This document shows positions 27,635 through 37,452 of a stretch of DNA of 64,000 bases, in pieces (position 1 is the first letter of the stretch; each line of letters starts with the position of its first letter). A program made the translations under genes and the position numbers. The notes under the pieces are model-generated. The model did not search any database. It saw nothing but the letters and a program-made list of their open reading frames with translations, and was not told the DNA's origin. The stretch covers positions 635,074 through 699,073 of the forward strand of contig JADKBR010000001.1 in NCBI GenBank assembly GCA_016714975.1, in the 5' to 3' direction. The stretch comes from Candidatus Dechloromonas phosphorivorans. Its GTDB lineage: Bacteria; Pseudomonadota; Gammaproteobacteria; Burkholderiales; Rhodocyclaceae.

Positions 27635-29362
27635 CTAGTTGATCTGGACCATGGCGCCGGTCACCTTGGTGCTGCCGCCCCCGGCGAGTTCGGCCGAGGC
27701 GCCGCCTTCGAGCTTGAGTTCCGTACCAGCGCCGATCTTCGCCCCGGCACCCGCCTCGAACTTGGCCTCAGTGCCGGCCTTGATGTCGGTCGCCCTGGCG
27801 CTTTCAATGTGGATGCCGTCGCTGTCCATGGTGATCTTGTTGCCGTTCTGGTCGGCCAGGGTCAGCGATTTCTGATCGTCGTCGAGAGTAATGGCATTGC
27901 CGGCCGGGGTCGCCAGTTTCATGACGATCTTGTCGTCGTTGAAATGCAGGCTCATGCCGGAACGGCTCTTGAACATCTTTTCGTGGTTGCCATCCGATCC
28001 GGCCAGCGGTGCAGCCTTGGCGCTGCTGTGCAGCATGCCGAGAATGATCGGACTGGCCGGGTCGTCGGCCAGGAAACCGACGGTGACTTCGTCGCCGATT
28101 TCGGGCCGGAAGAAGAAACCCCGATCCTGGCCGGCGTCGAGGCTGACCACCCGCGCCCACAGGCCATCGCCAGCGATGGCGAGCAAAGGCAACCGAACGC
28201 GCACGCGATGCTCGCCATCCGGATCTTCGTTGCTGGTCACGACACCGATCTGCAAGCCTGCAACGGCCGGCAGCAAGCTGGATTCGGCTGTCCGCCCGGC
28301 CGGTGGGTCGAGCCCGACACCGCCAAACTGGACATGCGTCTTCCAGCCCTGCACCAGGCTGAATTCATGGCGCACGCCGGTAACCAGCACCCTGCCGTTG
28401 AAACGCCGGCCGAGCCCGGCCAGTTCGACGACCACACCGGGCTTGACCGTGGCGATTCCTTCGCACTTGCCGCGCCCGGAAACCTGATCGAGGCGGCGCG
28501 TCAGCGCCACGCCATCCACCCAGGCTTGCACGGCAGCCTCCGGCATCGCCGGATGGCGCAGGTCCAGCGCGCGATTGGCGACAGCGGCCAGGGCATCGCT
28601 GCTGAAATTGCCGGGCGGCGCCAGGGCGGTTGGAGCAGCCTCGACCTCGACCAATGCCTGCCCCGCTGGGTCCCAGCTGGCACCCTTGATCGCCGGGTGC
28701 TGCAAGCGGGCGTCGATCTCGCCCTCGAATTCAAGCAGGGTCGCGCCGTATTGCAGGGTGCAGGCGGTCGCGCCGGACAGCACCGGCTTCTTCACCACCA
28801 GCTTGTCGCCATCGCCCCAGACGAGCTGCCCGTTGGCCCGGGCACGGGCGAGCAGGAAATCCCAGTCCGTGGCGTGGTACTGCAGCACTTGCTGGTGTTT
28901 CACCATCGTTGCCTCGACCTCGGCGCTGACGCTGGCGGCCCCGAGCACGGCTTCGATGATTTCGCTGTCCGACTGGTCGACGAATTCGCCGGAACGTTCG
29001 CCGACCGTCAGTTTCATCACCACATGCCGGCAATCGATGACCAATTGCGAGGCGGCGCTGTCGCGGACGCGCACGCCCAGCCGGACGACCACCCCCTTGA
29101 ACAGGGACTGCGGCGCGTTTCCGGCGCCGGCCAGGATTTCGACCAGTTGGCCCGGCTTGAATAGCTCGCTGTCGCTGAGCGGAAACTGCCCGCTTGCCGG
29201 GGCGCCGTCGACATAATTCAATTTTGCCGAAGAAATCCGGTTGACCGCCGACGTGATGCTGACCGCCAGCAACTGATGCTCGCGCGGCACCGCTTCGCCG
29301 CCCACCTTGATGGTGAATTCGCGATGTTCGGCGGCGATCGGCAGGGCGCGCGTTTCGGGCAT
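27635..29362 (-). CDS. VgrG/gp27-gp5-like spike protein (Afp8-like)
   Basis: QYHATDWDFLLARA, OB-fold DPDGEHRVRVRLP...WARV...FFFRPEIGDEV, C-terminal beta-helix repeats. Confidence 0.93.
   Translation of the reverse strand: MPETRALPIAAEHREFTIKVGGEAVPREHQLLAVSITSAVNRISSAKLNYVDGAPASGQFPLSDSELFKPGQLVEILAGAGNAPQSLFKGVVVRLGVRVRDSAASQLVIDCRHVVMKLTVGERSGEFVDQSDSEIIEAVLGAASVSAEVEATMVKHQQVLQYHATDWDFLLARARANGQLVWGDGDKLVVKKPVLSGATACTLQYGATLLEFEGEIDARLQHPAIKGASWDPAGQALVEVEAAPTALAPPGNFSSDALAAVANRALDLRHPAMPEAAVQAWVDGVALTRRLDQVSGRGKCEGIATVKPGVVVELAGLGRRFNGRVLVTGVRHEFSLVQGWKTHVQFGGVGLDPPAGRTAESSLLPAVAGLQIGVVTSNEDPDGEHRVRVRLPLLAIAGDGLWARVVSLDAGQDRGFFFRPEIGDEVTVGFLADDPASPIILGMLHSSAKAAPLAGSDGNHEKMFKSRSGMSLHFNDDKIVMKLATPAGNAITLDDDQKSLTLADQNGNKITMDSDGIHIESARATDIKAGTEAKFEAGAGAKIGAGTELKLEGGASAELAGGGSTKVTGAMVQIN
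29217..29248 (-). repeat. Dispersed motif copy inside the VgrG gene
   Basis: GCGGTCAACCGGATTTCTTCGGCAAAATTGAA on the minus strand. Confidence 0.65.
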
Positions 29363-29365
29363 GGG

Positions 29366-30040
29366 CTATTTCTCCAGCGGCGGAAAGTAGATTTCCGTCC
29401 CCGGCACCAGCTGGCGAAAATCGTCCAGCCCGTTGGCGGCCGCCACCCGCAAGTACAGGCGCGGGTCGCCGTAGATTTTCTGGCACATCGCGGCCAGCCG
29501 GTCGCCGGCTTTGACGATGCGGCGATGGGTGAGGTCCGGCGACTGGTCCTGCGCCATTGCGACACGGGTCTGATCGTCGGAATTGTCGGTAAAGGTCGCC
29601 GTAATGACCGCACGCAGGGGCACGCCGTCGGGACGGAACAGCTTGTAGGCGACAGAGGCGCTCTTCAGCACGCAGCGCTTGACCTGCAGCGTCCCCCAGA
29701 CGACTTTCAGATAGTTGGTCCGGTGAATGGCGCCGTTGTAAGCCGTCACCTGCTGAAATTTCTCGACCTCGGCCTGCACATCGGCCGGACGACCACTGGC
29801 GCCGGTGCCATCGATAAAAAAGCTCAGCGACAGATCACCCGGCTTCAGTTTCTTGAAATTCATCCGGCTGGAAGTCGTCCCCGAACCCTGCGCGGCGTCG
29901 TATTCGATCTCGTAAGCCAGCGTAATTTCGCTCGGATTGACGTAGGCGAGGAACTCGTTCTCCGGCGCGCCGCTGTAGTCGGGTGTGGCAAATGCCTGGA
30001 TGCGCAGTTTTTCAAGCCTGCCGCTGGGCGCCGGAATCAT
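29366..30040 (-). CDS. CIS tube-initiator protein with LysM domain (Afp7-like)
   Basis: VNPSEITLAY, YKLFRPDGVPLRA, C-terminal LysM-like VKAGDRL...IYGDPRLYLRVAAANGL; start reassigned to ATG 30040. Confidence 0.88.
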   Translation of the reverse strand: MIPAPSGRLEKLRIQAFATPDYSGAPENEFLAYVNPSEITLAYEIEYDAAQGSGTTSSRMNFKKLKPGDLSLSFFIDGTGASGRPADVQAEVEKFQQVTAYNGAIHRTNYLKVVWGTLQVKRCVLKSASVAYKLFRPDGVPLRAVITATFTDNSDDQTRVAMAQDQSPDLTHRRIVKAGDRLAAMCQKIYGDPRLYLRVAAANGLDDFRQLVPGTEIYFPPLEK

Positions 30041-30041
30041 C

Positions 30042-30212
30042 TCAAGGCTCCTCCCGTTCGCGCAGGATTTCCAGCACGCGGGCGACGCATTCCTCAACCA
30101 GGGCCTGCCGGTCCTCCGTTGCCGGCACTGCAGCACTGCCCGCGCTGCCGCCTCCGGCTTCGCGGTTACCCACTTCGACCGAAATCACGACTTCATCGAT
30201 GATGATGGGCAT
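30042..30212 (-). CDS. Small eCIS plug protein (Afp6/Alg6/DUF5908-like), 56 aa, absent from the ORF track
   Basis: Manual translation MPIIIDEVVISVEV...DRQALVEECVARVLEILREREEP; GAGGTGAG upstream; fills the gap between tube and LysM genes. Confidence 0.82.
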   Translation of the reverse strand: MPIIIDEVVISVEVGNREAGGGSAGSAAVPATEDRQALVEECVARVLEILREREEP

Positions 30213-30220
30213 GACTCACC

Positions 30221-30664
30221 TCAGGACTTGTCGACCGTAAAGTACTGGTAAGCCAACTGCATCGACTCGACAGCAATTGCATTGTTGTTTGCATTGAGGT
30301 CGCTGACTGCCCACTTGGTTGGCCAGGCACCAACCACATGCCAAGTCATCAGCGGCTCGTGCGCGTCGTTGAGCAGCTTGATATCGATGCTCATCGGCTC
30401 GATCTGGTAATCGACGATGCATTTCTTGACCCAGTTCCATACCCCCGAGCCTTTCAGCAAGCCACGCTTCAACACCAGCTCCGGATATTTCGCCCGGGTC
30501 GGGTATTTCTGCACAAAGCGGTTTTCGCCCCCCTCGGCGACATCCTCGCTGGCCATCTCGACCGACAAGCCGCCAACTTCAATAAAGCGCGTGTCGGCCG
30601 TATCGGACAGGCCGATGAACTCAACGAGAAAGTGAAAACCGACCGGCGGGTAGTATTGGGCCAT
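30221..30664 (-). CDS. Phage T4 gp19-like tube protein (Afp5-like)
   Basis: YPPVGFHFLV, EGGENRF, LVLKRGL, AWPTKW. Confidence 0.92.
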   Translation of the reverse strand: MAQYYPPVGFHFLVEFIGLSDTADTRFIEVGGLSVEMASEDVAEGGENRFVQKYPTRAKYPELVLKRGLLKGSGVWNWVKKCIVDYQIEPMSIDIKLLNDAHEPLMTWHVVGAWPTKWAVSDLNANNNAIAVESMQLAYQYFTVDKS

Positions 30665-30670
30665 GGCCGA

Positions 30671-31105
30671 TTAGTCGTTCTGCACCTCAAGGCCTTCATG
30701 CGCGATTTCGATGGACTCGATCGCCACTTCATTGCCCGACGCCTTGAGCTGCGGCCCTTCAACCTTGACCGGGAAGGCGTTATGCACCTTCCAGACCATC
30801 ACTGGCTCGTGTTTTTCGTTGAGCAGGCTGATCGTCAGGTCGCGGCGCTCGACGGTATTGAGCTTGATACTCGACAGCCATTTGAAGAAGTCGTTATCGC
30901 TCTTGATTACGCCGCGCTTGAGGGTGATGTTGCTGAACTTGCGCAGTCCCGGCATCTTGATCGACGAGTACTCGGGGAAATGACCGTCACGGTACTCGAT
31001 GACCTGATTTTCCTGGGTCAGTCCGGTGACTTCCGAAAATCCGATGCGGGTACCGCCCCATTCCACGCGGAAATGAAAGACGGGCAGGGGGTATTGTGCA
31101 GGCAT
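30671..31105 (-). CDS. Phage T4 gp19-like major tube protein (Afp1-like)
   Basis: YPLPVFHFRVEW, FSEVTGL, KMPGL...ITLKRG, AFPVK...GNEVAIE. Confidence 0.94.
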   Translation of the reverse strand: MPAQYPLPVFHFRVEWGGTRIGFSEVTGLTQENQVIEYRDGHFPEYSSIKMPGLRKFSNITLKRGVIKSDNDFFKWLSSIKLNTVERRDLTISLLNEKHEPVMVWKVHNAFPVKVEGPQLKASGNEVAIESIEIAHEGLEVQND

Positions 31106-31136
31106 GATGTGTTTCCTCTCGCGTTAGGTTGAGCGG

Positions 31137-33104
31137 TCAGCTGGTCTGCAGCTTGTGGGAGAACTTGAGAATGATGAACTCGGCAGGCCGGACCACCGCC
31201 ATGCCGATCTCGACATTCATCCGCCCTTCCAGAATATCCTGCGCGCTCATCGTCACGCCCAGGCCGCAGCGGACAAAGAAGGCATCCTTGGTCGTCGCAC
31301 CGGCTAGCGCGCCTTCGCGCCATTTCTGTGTCAGGTAGTTCTCGATCATGCCGCGCACCTTGACCCAGGTATTGGCATCGTTCGGCTCGAACACCGCCCA
31401 GTAAGTCGACTTCTTGATCGATTCCTCGACCATGTTGAAGAAGCGGCGCACCGAGATATACCGCCACTCGTTGTCATTGCCGGCCAGCGTTCGCGCGCCC
31501 CAGACGAGGGTACCCTTGCCCGAGAAGGCGCGGATCGCATTGATCGACTTGCCGGCGGTGCTATCGACATTCAGGGCATCGGTTTCGCTGCCACTGAAGG
31601 TCGCCGTCGGCGCAATGACGCTGTTCAGGCTGACATTGGCCGGCGCCTTCCAGACCCCGCGCTGGTTGTCGACCAGCGAGTAGATTCCAGCGATGACGCC
31701 ACTTGGCGGGCAGGTAGTCAGCGTGCCATTGATGCCATTGACGATGTTGCGGAATGGCGCAAAGCTGCTGTACAGCGCCTGTTCGTAGACCACCGGGTAG
31801 TTGTTGATGGCCGAAACGATGGACTCAATGCCGCCGCTGATCGCCGAAAACGCCTTAACCAGCCCGGGCATCGCGGCATTGACTTGATCGGCCTCGGTGA
31901 TCGCGCCGCCGGCCGCCGGAATCACCGTGCTTGCCCCAGCCGGCGCCGCCGAGAAGGTGGTCCCCCAGCCGGCATTTGCCGGGTCCGGATCGGCACTCCA
32001 GATCACCGCGCCGTAGGCGGCGATATCGGCCGCCGCCTCGATTTCGAGCAGGATCAGCTCCTTGAAGGCGGGTACCAGCGAGCCGGCGATGGTCGTTTCG
32101 ATGTCACCCTTGCGGCCGGGCGAGCCGATAAGATCCGGATTGGTCAGTGGCGTGCCGTTGGTCAGTCCGTCGACCAGATCGGCCAGGCCGTATAGCTGGG
32201 TGAAGACCAGTTTCAGGTTGGCAGCGCTCGGCGTGGCCTTGGCTTGACCATAGGTCACCGCGAAATGATTGGCCAGCGTCACATCGCCCGCAGCAAAGGC
32301 GGTGATTCGTGCCTTCAGCATCGCCGCATCGGTGGTGATCGCCTTGATCTTGTTGATCAGGTCGAGGTTGTCCTTGTCGGTCGCCAGGGCTTCGAGGCTC
32401 AGTCCGGTGGCCGCGCCCTTTTTGATCTTGCCCTGGATGTGGGCGAAGCCAAAAGTCTTCTTGTAGGCCAGTTTCAGCCAGGGCGTGTAGGCAGCGCCGT
32501 ATTTCAGGCTATTGATGCCAATCTTGTCGCGGAAACCTGCCCCCAGCGGATCAGCAAGCTGAGTATCAAGCACCGCGACACGGTCGCCGAGCTTGCCGCA
32601 CTGGGCGAGCATTTTCTGCTGCACGGCAGCCAGGGCGTCGGCCGAAGTCAGCGCTGCGGCATCCGGGGCGAGCAGGATGGTCGGCTCATCGAAAGCCGCC
32701 ACGGCCTCGACACCGGCAACCAGTTCGCTGCTGTCGATGAAGGGTGCGGCGCTCTTGAAAGCGCCGACCGAGACAATGTAGCAGTCGCCGCCGCCGTTGT
32801 CGTAGAACAGGCGCATGCTGTCGTAGAGATAATAGGCATTCGAGATGCTGCTCGACACGAAATTGCCGGCATCATCGATGGCCACTTCGGCAATATTTAG
32901 CGCCGGCCCCTTGCCATAGTAAGTCTCGTATTCGAGCAGCGACTTGATGCGGCGCGGCTTGTTGAGCAGATCGCCGGGCGCGATTTCGCGCAGCGTTTCG
33001 GTATAGCCGACAAAGGCGGGAATGGCGGTTTCGACCTCGGCAACCGAAGGCGGAAAGACCGATATTTCCTCAACGTAGACATCCGGTGTTTTATAGGTTG
33101 GCAT
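31137..33104 (-). CDS. Contractile tail sheath protein with large central insertion
   Basis: YKTPDVYVEEI, AIPAFVGYT, PPSG...GVWKAPAN, VWGARTL, WRYISVRR, VFEPND, RPAEFII. Confidence 0.96.
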   Translation of the reverse strand: MPTYKTPDVYVEEISVFPPSVAEVETAIPAFVGYTETLREIAPGDLLNKPRRIKSLLEYETYYGKGPALNIAEVAIDDAGNFVSSSISNAYYLYDSMRLFYDNGGGDCYIVSVGAFKSAAPFIDSSELVAGVEAVAAFDEPTILLAPDAAALTSADALAAVQQKMLAQCGKLGDRVAVLDTQLADPLGAGFRDKIGINSLKYGAAYTPWLKLAYKKTFGFAHIQGKIKKGAATGLSLEALATDKDNLDLINKIKAITTDAAMLKARITAFAAGDVTLANHFAVTYGQAKATPSAANLKLVFTQLYGLADLVDGLTNGTPLTNPDLIGSPGRKGDIETTIAGSLVPAFKELILLEIEAAADIAAYGAVIWSADPDPANAGWGTTFSAAPAGASTVIPAAGGAITEADQVNAAMPGLVKAFSAISGGIESIVSAINNYPVVYEQALYSSFAPFRNIVNGINGTLTTCPPSGVIAGIYSLVDNQRGVWKAPANVSLNSVIAPTATFSGSETDALNVDSTAGKSINAIRAFSGKGTLVWGARTLAGNDNEWRYISVRRFFNMVEESIKKSTYWAVFEPNDANTWVKVRGMIENYLTQKWREGALAGATTKDAFFVRCGLGVTMSAQDILEGRMNVEIGMAVVRPAEFIILKFSHKLQTS

Positions 33105-33118
33105 GGGTGAACCCCCTT

Positions 33119-34117
33119 CTAGGATTTGGCGAGGTGGACGATGAAACGCGCCTGCGCCCGGTCGGAACCGGCCTGGGGCAGATGCTGGACAAGAACTTCA
33201 TTGTTGCTGCGCAGTTGCAGCTTGCGATAACCACCAGCCCGGCGGTCCAGTTCGTCTTGCGACTGGAAGAGCACGACACGCGTCGAGGCATCGCCGAGGA
33301 CTTCCGGCGGAAGGTCGTCAGCGGCAAATTGGTTGCGACCAATAGTGTCGAAGATCACTGCCGGCCGCCCCTGTTCCGCGGCTCCGGCATCGTTGACGTT
33401 GAGATTTCCGAATTCGTTGACCCCGTAATTGCGGGCGACCACGTAATACTTGACGCGCTCGCGGCGGGCTTTCAGGCTGACTGAGAGCAGCGGTGGATTG
33501 GTGTAAAAGCCCGCATCAATGGTCACCGCCGCCACGCCCCACAGTCCCTGCCCGGCCAATTCAGGATGGACCAGCCAGTGCGAGACGCTCAGCGGGCCAC
33601 CGGCGTCTTCGGTCAGCGTATAGAGGCCGACCGGCCAGTCGCGGCTCACGAAAGTGGCATCATCTTGACCAGAAATCAAGGTTTGTTGCGCCACCTGCTG
33701 TCCCAAAAGAGCCCATTTGAGACTCGCTGGGCGTTCGGCGAGCGCGGGCGCGATCCGCTGACTCGGCCTGGCAATGCGCGCTGCCAGCGGCGGGTCGAAA
33801 GCCCTCGGCTGCCCATCATTGACGTAGATCGGCACGTACCCGTCCGGCACCGCGGGTTCGGTGAAATTGGCAAAGTAGGGATTGGGAACGCGCAAGCCGA
33901 TCAGCAGGGTCGTCCCCGGAACCTGGCGCAGCGCATTGCCCTCGTCGTCCGCTTCATACAGGACGACCAGCCGCCGGTCGCGGGTCCGCACCAGCAGGCG
34001 CCCCGCAGCCAGCGCCGGACTGCCATTCGGCACCACGAACTCGAAGTCCGGGCATGGCCCACCGTGATACGTGTGGTTAACTTCGACTTCACAGAGGATG
34101 CGGAAATGAATGCTCAT
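33119..34117 (-). CDS. Hypothetical eCIS protein (possible cap adaptor, Alg16B-like by position)
   Basis: 332 aa; 4-nt overlap with the DUF4255 gene; immediately upstream of sheath. Function inferred from synteny only. Confidence 0.5.
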   Translation of the reverse strand: MSIHFRILCEVEVNHTYHGGPCPDFEFVVPNGSPALAAGRLLVRTRDRRLVVLYEADDEGNALRQVPGTTLLIGLRVPNPYFANFTEPAVPDGYVPIYVNDGQPRAFDPPLAARIARPSQRIAPALAERPASLKWALLGQQVAQQTLISGQDDATFVSRDWPVGLYTLTEDAGGPLSVSHWLVHPELAGQGLWGVAAVTIDAGFYTNPPLLSVSLKARRERVKYYVVARNYGVNEFGNLNVNDAGAAEQGRPAVIFDTIGRNQFAADDLPPEVLGDASTRVVLFQSQDELDRRAGGYRKLQLRSNNEVLVQHLPQAGSDRAQARFIVHLAKS

Positions 34118-34686
34118 CGGTCGTGCAGGTCAATGCCGATATCAGTAATCGGCTCACCGAAACGGAAGGGCTCCTGATCCTGTATGGTCACCAGCCGTGC
34201 CCGATAGAGCACCGAGGGCTGGTACTTGGCACCCATCGCGGCCCACAGCTGGTTGAGCGTTTCCGGCCCGACACTGTATAACTCCATGATGATCTTGCCG
34301 ATCCGCGCATCCAGCGACGGATATTCCTCGGCGGCAAAGGCGGGAAAAGCCTGGAAAAAAGTCAGCACGTTCGACAGCGCCTTGAGCGTCATGTCGTAAT
34401 TGGCCATGCGCGCGGCGAAAAGCAGCGTCAGGTTGAGACGGAGCTCGGGCTGCAGGGTCAGTTCCCGGCCGTTGACCGTGACGCGGGCGGGCACCTGCTC
34501 GCGCATGACGCGCTCCTCCTCAATATTGACGATGCTGAGCCCAACTGTGCCGGAAGCGATCGCCAACTTGCCGGAATCGTCCACCAGTCCGCCCGCCACC
34601 ACCTTGCCGAGCGCCATTGAGCCCGTGCGCCGCACCAGGTAGGTATTGAACTGCTCTGCCAGGAAGCCAACCGCGACATCGAGCAT
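34114..34686 (-). CDS. DUF4255 / Afp16-Pvc16 cap (tail terminator) protein
   Basis: SIVNIEEE, LNLTLLFAA, LNQLWAAMGAKYQPSVLYRARL; first gene of the eCIS operon. Confidence 0.9.
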   Translation of the reverse strand: MLDVAVGFLAEQFNTYLVRRTGSMALGKVVAGGLVDDSGKLAIASGTVGLSIVNIEEERVMREQVPARVTVNGRELTLQPELRLNLTLLFAARMANYDMTLKALSNVLTFFQAFPAFAAEEYPSLDARIGKIIMELYSVGPETLNQLWAAMGAKYQPSVLYRARLVTIQDQEPFRFGEPITDIGIDLHDR

Positions 34687-34903
34687 CGATTTCTCTCACT
34701 GGAAAGTCTAGGGTCAACAGGGCTGAAGCGAGAATCCGGAAACGCCTTTTCGAAAGAAGGCAATTCATTAAATCACACTAGCGCAAATGTTCGAGCAATA
34801 TTGTCAGGCCGCCCAATTTCTCCATCTGTCATTTTCAGAGCTGCTTGAAAAGAGCTGTTTTTGACCGTCGACCGCAACAGCCGCCCACTGGCCGGGTGGT
34901 TTT

Positions 34904-35941
<1,038 letters not shown>

Positions 35942-36114
35942 CTAGCGTGAGTTCTCGATACACCACAACATTTGTCATTCGCGCTCACTCCAGACGGCAA
36001 CTCAGCCGCTGTCAGGCATCGCAAACGGCCATCTCGCGCTCGATGGGCTACAATCAGTTGGCCCGCGTTAAAGTAAAATCACTGTCCGGACGCGCCCTGA
36101 TCAACCCTCGTCTG

Positions 36115-37416
36115 ATGATGATTGCCGACCTCGAAGAGCACCCGCTCCGCCAGCGCCTCAACAACGAATTCCATGCCCGCCCGCCGATTCCCCTGCTCGG
36201 CGCGACGCTCGTTTCACATCTGGTGTTCAAGCACAGCGCGACCGCCGCCGAGGCCGCCCGCGACAACCTGACACGGCTCACCCGGGCGCAGAACTGCAAC
36301 GCGATCGAGAGTTCCGATTCGCACATGATGCTGGATACCGACAGCTTCCGCATGCGCTGGGAATTGCACACCGAGTTTTCCAGCTACACCTTCTTCCGCC
36401 CGCTCAAAGCCGGCGAGCCTCTCGATCCCGATGCAACCGCCTTTGCCGCGGCGCATCCCGACTGGCTGGGCGGAGTTCCCGGCAAGCTGATGGTCGCAAC
36501 CCATGTCGAGTTGCGGTCGACCAGCGAAATCAGCCCGGAATCGGTATTGGCCAGCCTGACCCAGAGTGGCCGGACGATGGTCGCCGCCCGGGTGGCCGAC
36601 GAGGCGGCCTGGATCTTCACCGACTTCAAGATCGCCGACGGCTTCTCGCGTTTTCTTGTGCTCGATGAAAGGATGACCCAGCGCCAGGCGGGGCGAACCG
36701 TCCAGCGCCTGGTCGAGATCGAGACCTACCGCATGATGGCGCTGCTCGGCCTGCCGGTGGCAAAAGAGATCAGCCGCTGGTTGTACCGGAGCGAGAAGCA
36801 ACTCGCTGCGCTGATGGACCAGATCGTCCAGGCGCAGACGACCGAGGACGAACGCAAGGCACTGTCCACGCTGTCGGCGCTGGCGGCACAAGTCGAACAC
36901 TCGATCGCGCGCACGACCTTCCGCTTCGGCGCGTCGCGGGCCTATCACGGCCTGGTCATGCAGCGCATCGAGGAACTGCGCGAATCCCGCATTTCCGGCC
37001 TGCCAACCTTCTACGAATTCATGCAGCGCCGTCTGTTGCCAGCGATGAATACCTGCGCGGCGATCAGCAGCCGCCAGGAAGAACTGTCCGCGCGCGTCGC
37101 CCGCAACAGCCAGTTGCTGCGTACTCGCGTCGACATCGAACTCGAGCGCCAGAATCAGGAGTTGCTCGCCCAGATGAACAAGCGCGCGCACCTGCAACTG
37201 CGCCTGCAGGAAACGGTCGAAGGCCTTTCGGTCGTCGTCCTGACCTACTACGGCTCGCAACTGGTGCAGTATCTCGCCAAGGGAACCAAGGATCTGCACC
37301 ATTTGTCTACGGACGTCGTCACGGCCATTTCGATTCCGCTCATCGCCTGCCTGGTTTTTTTGGCTAGCCGCCGCCTGCGCCGGAAGCTCGCCAGCGAAGA
37401 AGGCGCGGCGCGTTAA
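36115..37416 (+). CDS. DUF3422 family membrane-anchored protein
   Basis: HPLRQRLNNEFHARP, RWELHTEF, VQRLVEIETYRMMAL, QLRLQETVEGLSVV, two C-terminal TMs; start reassigned. Confidence 0.88.
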   Translation: MMIADLEEHPLRQRLNNEFHARPPIPLLGATLVSHLVFKHSATAAEAARDNLTRLTRAQNCNAIESSDSHMMLDTDSFRMRWELHTEFSSYTFFRPLKAGEPLDPDATAFAAAHPDWLGGVPGKLMVATHVELRSTSEISPESVLASLTQSGRTMVAARVADEAAWIFTDFKIADGFSRFLVLDERMTQRQAGRTVQRLVEIETYRMMALLGLPVAKEISRWLYRSEKQLAALMDQIVQAQTTEDERKALSTLSALAAQVEHSIARTTFRFGASRAYHGLVMQRIEELRESRISGLPTFYEFMQRRLLPAMNTCAAISSRQEELSARVARNSQLLRTRVDIELERQNQELLAQMNKRAHLQLRLQETVEGLSVVVLTYYGSQLVQYLAKGTKDLHHLSTDVVTAISIPLIACLVFLASRRLRRKLASEEGAAR

Positions 37417-37452
37417 TCTATAATTGTGTTTCTTGCTTTCGGGAACAGCACC

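Larger units (their letters stand above)
12509..34686 (-). other. Extracellular contractile injection system (eCIS; Afp/PVC/AlgoCIS-like) gene cluster, 16 co-oriented genes
   Basis: Ordered cap (DUF4255), hypothetical, sheath, two tubes, small plug, LysM tube initiator, VgrG spike, PAAR, gp25, two baseplate proteins, Afp13-like protein, tape measure, AAA+ ATPase, DUF4157 effector; no capsid, terminase or T6SS membrane complex. Confidence 0.95.

Noticed and set aside
12509-34686. Interpretation as a prophage, R-type tailocin or canonical T6SS
   Set aside because: No capsid, portal, terminase, integrase or lysis genes, and no TssJLM, ClpV or split TssBC; DUF4255, Afp15 ATPase, CIS tape measure and DUF4157 are eCIS markers
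34687-34903. Hairpins in the eCIS leader (GCCTT-TTCGAAAG-AAGGC; CCGCCC...GGGTGG-TTTT) as riboswitch, ops element or terminator
   Set aside because: Short or imperfect stems, no match to a riboswitch or ops consensus I recognise; promoter could not be placed
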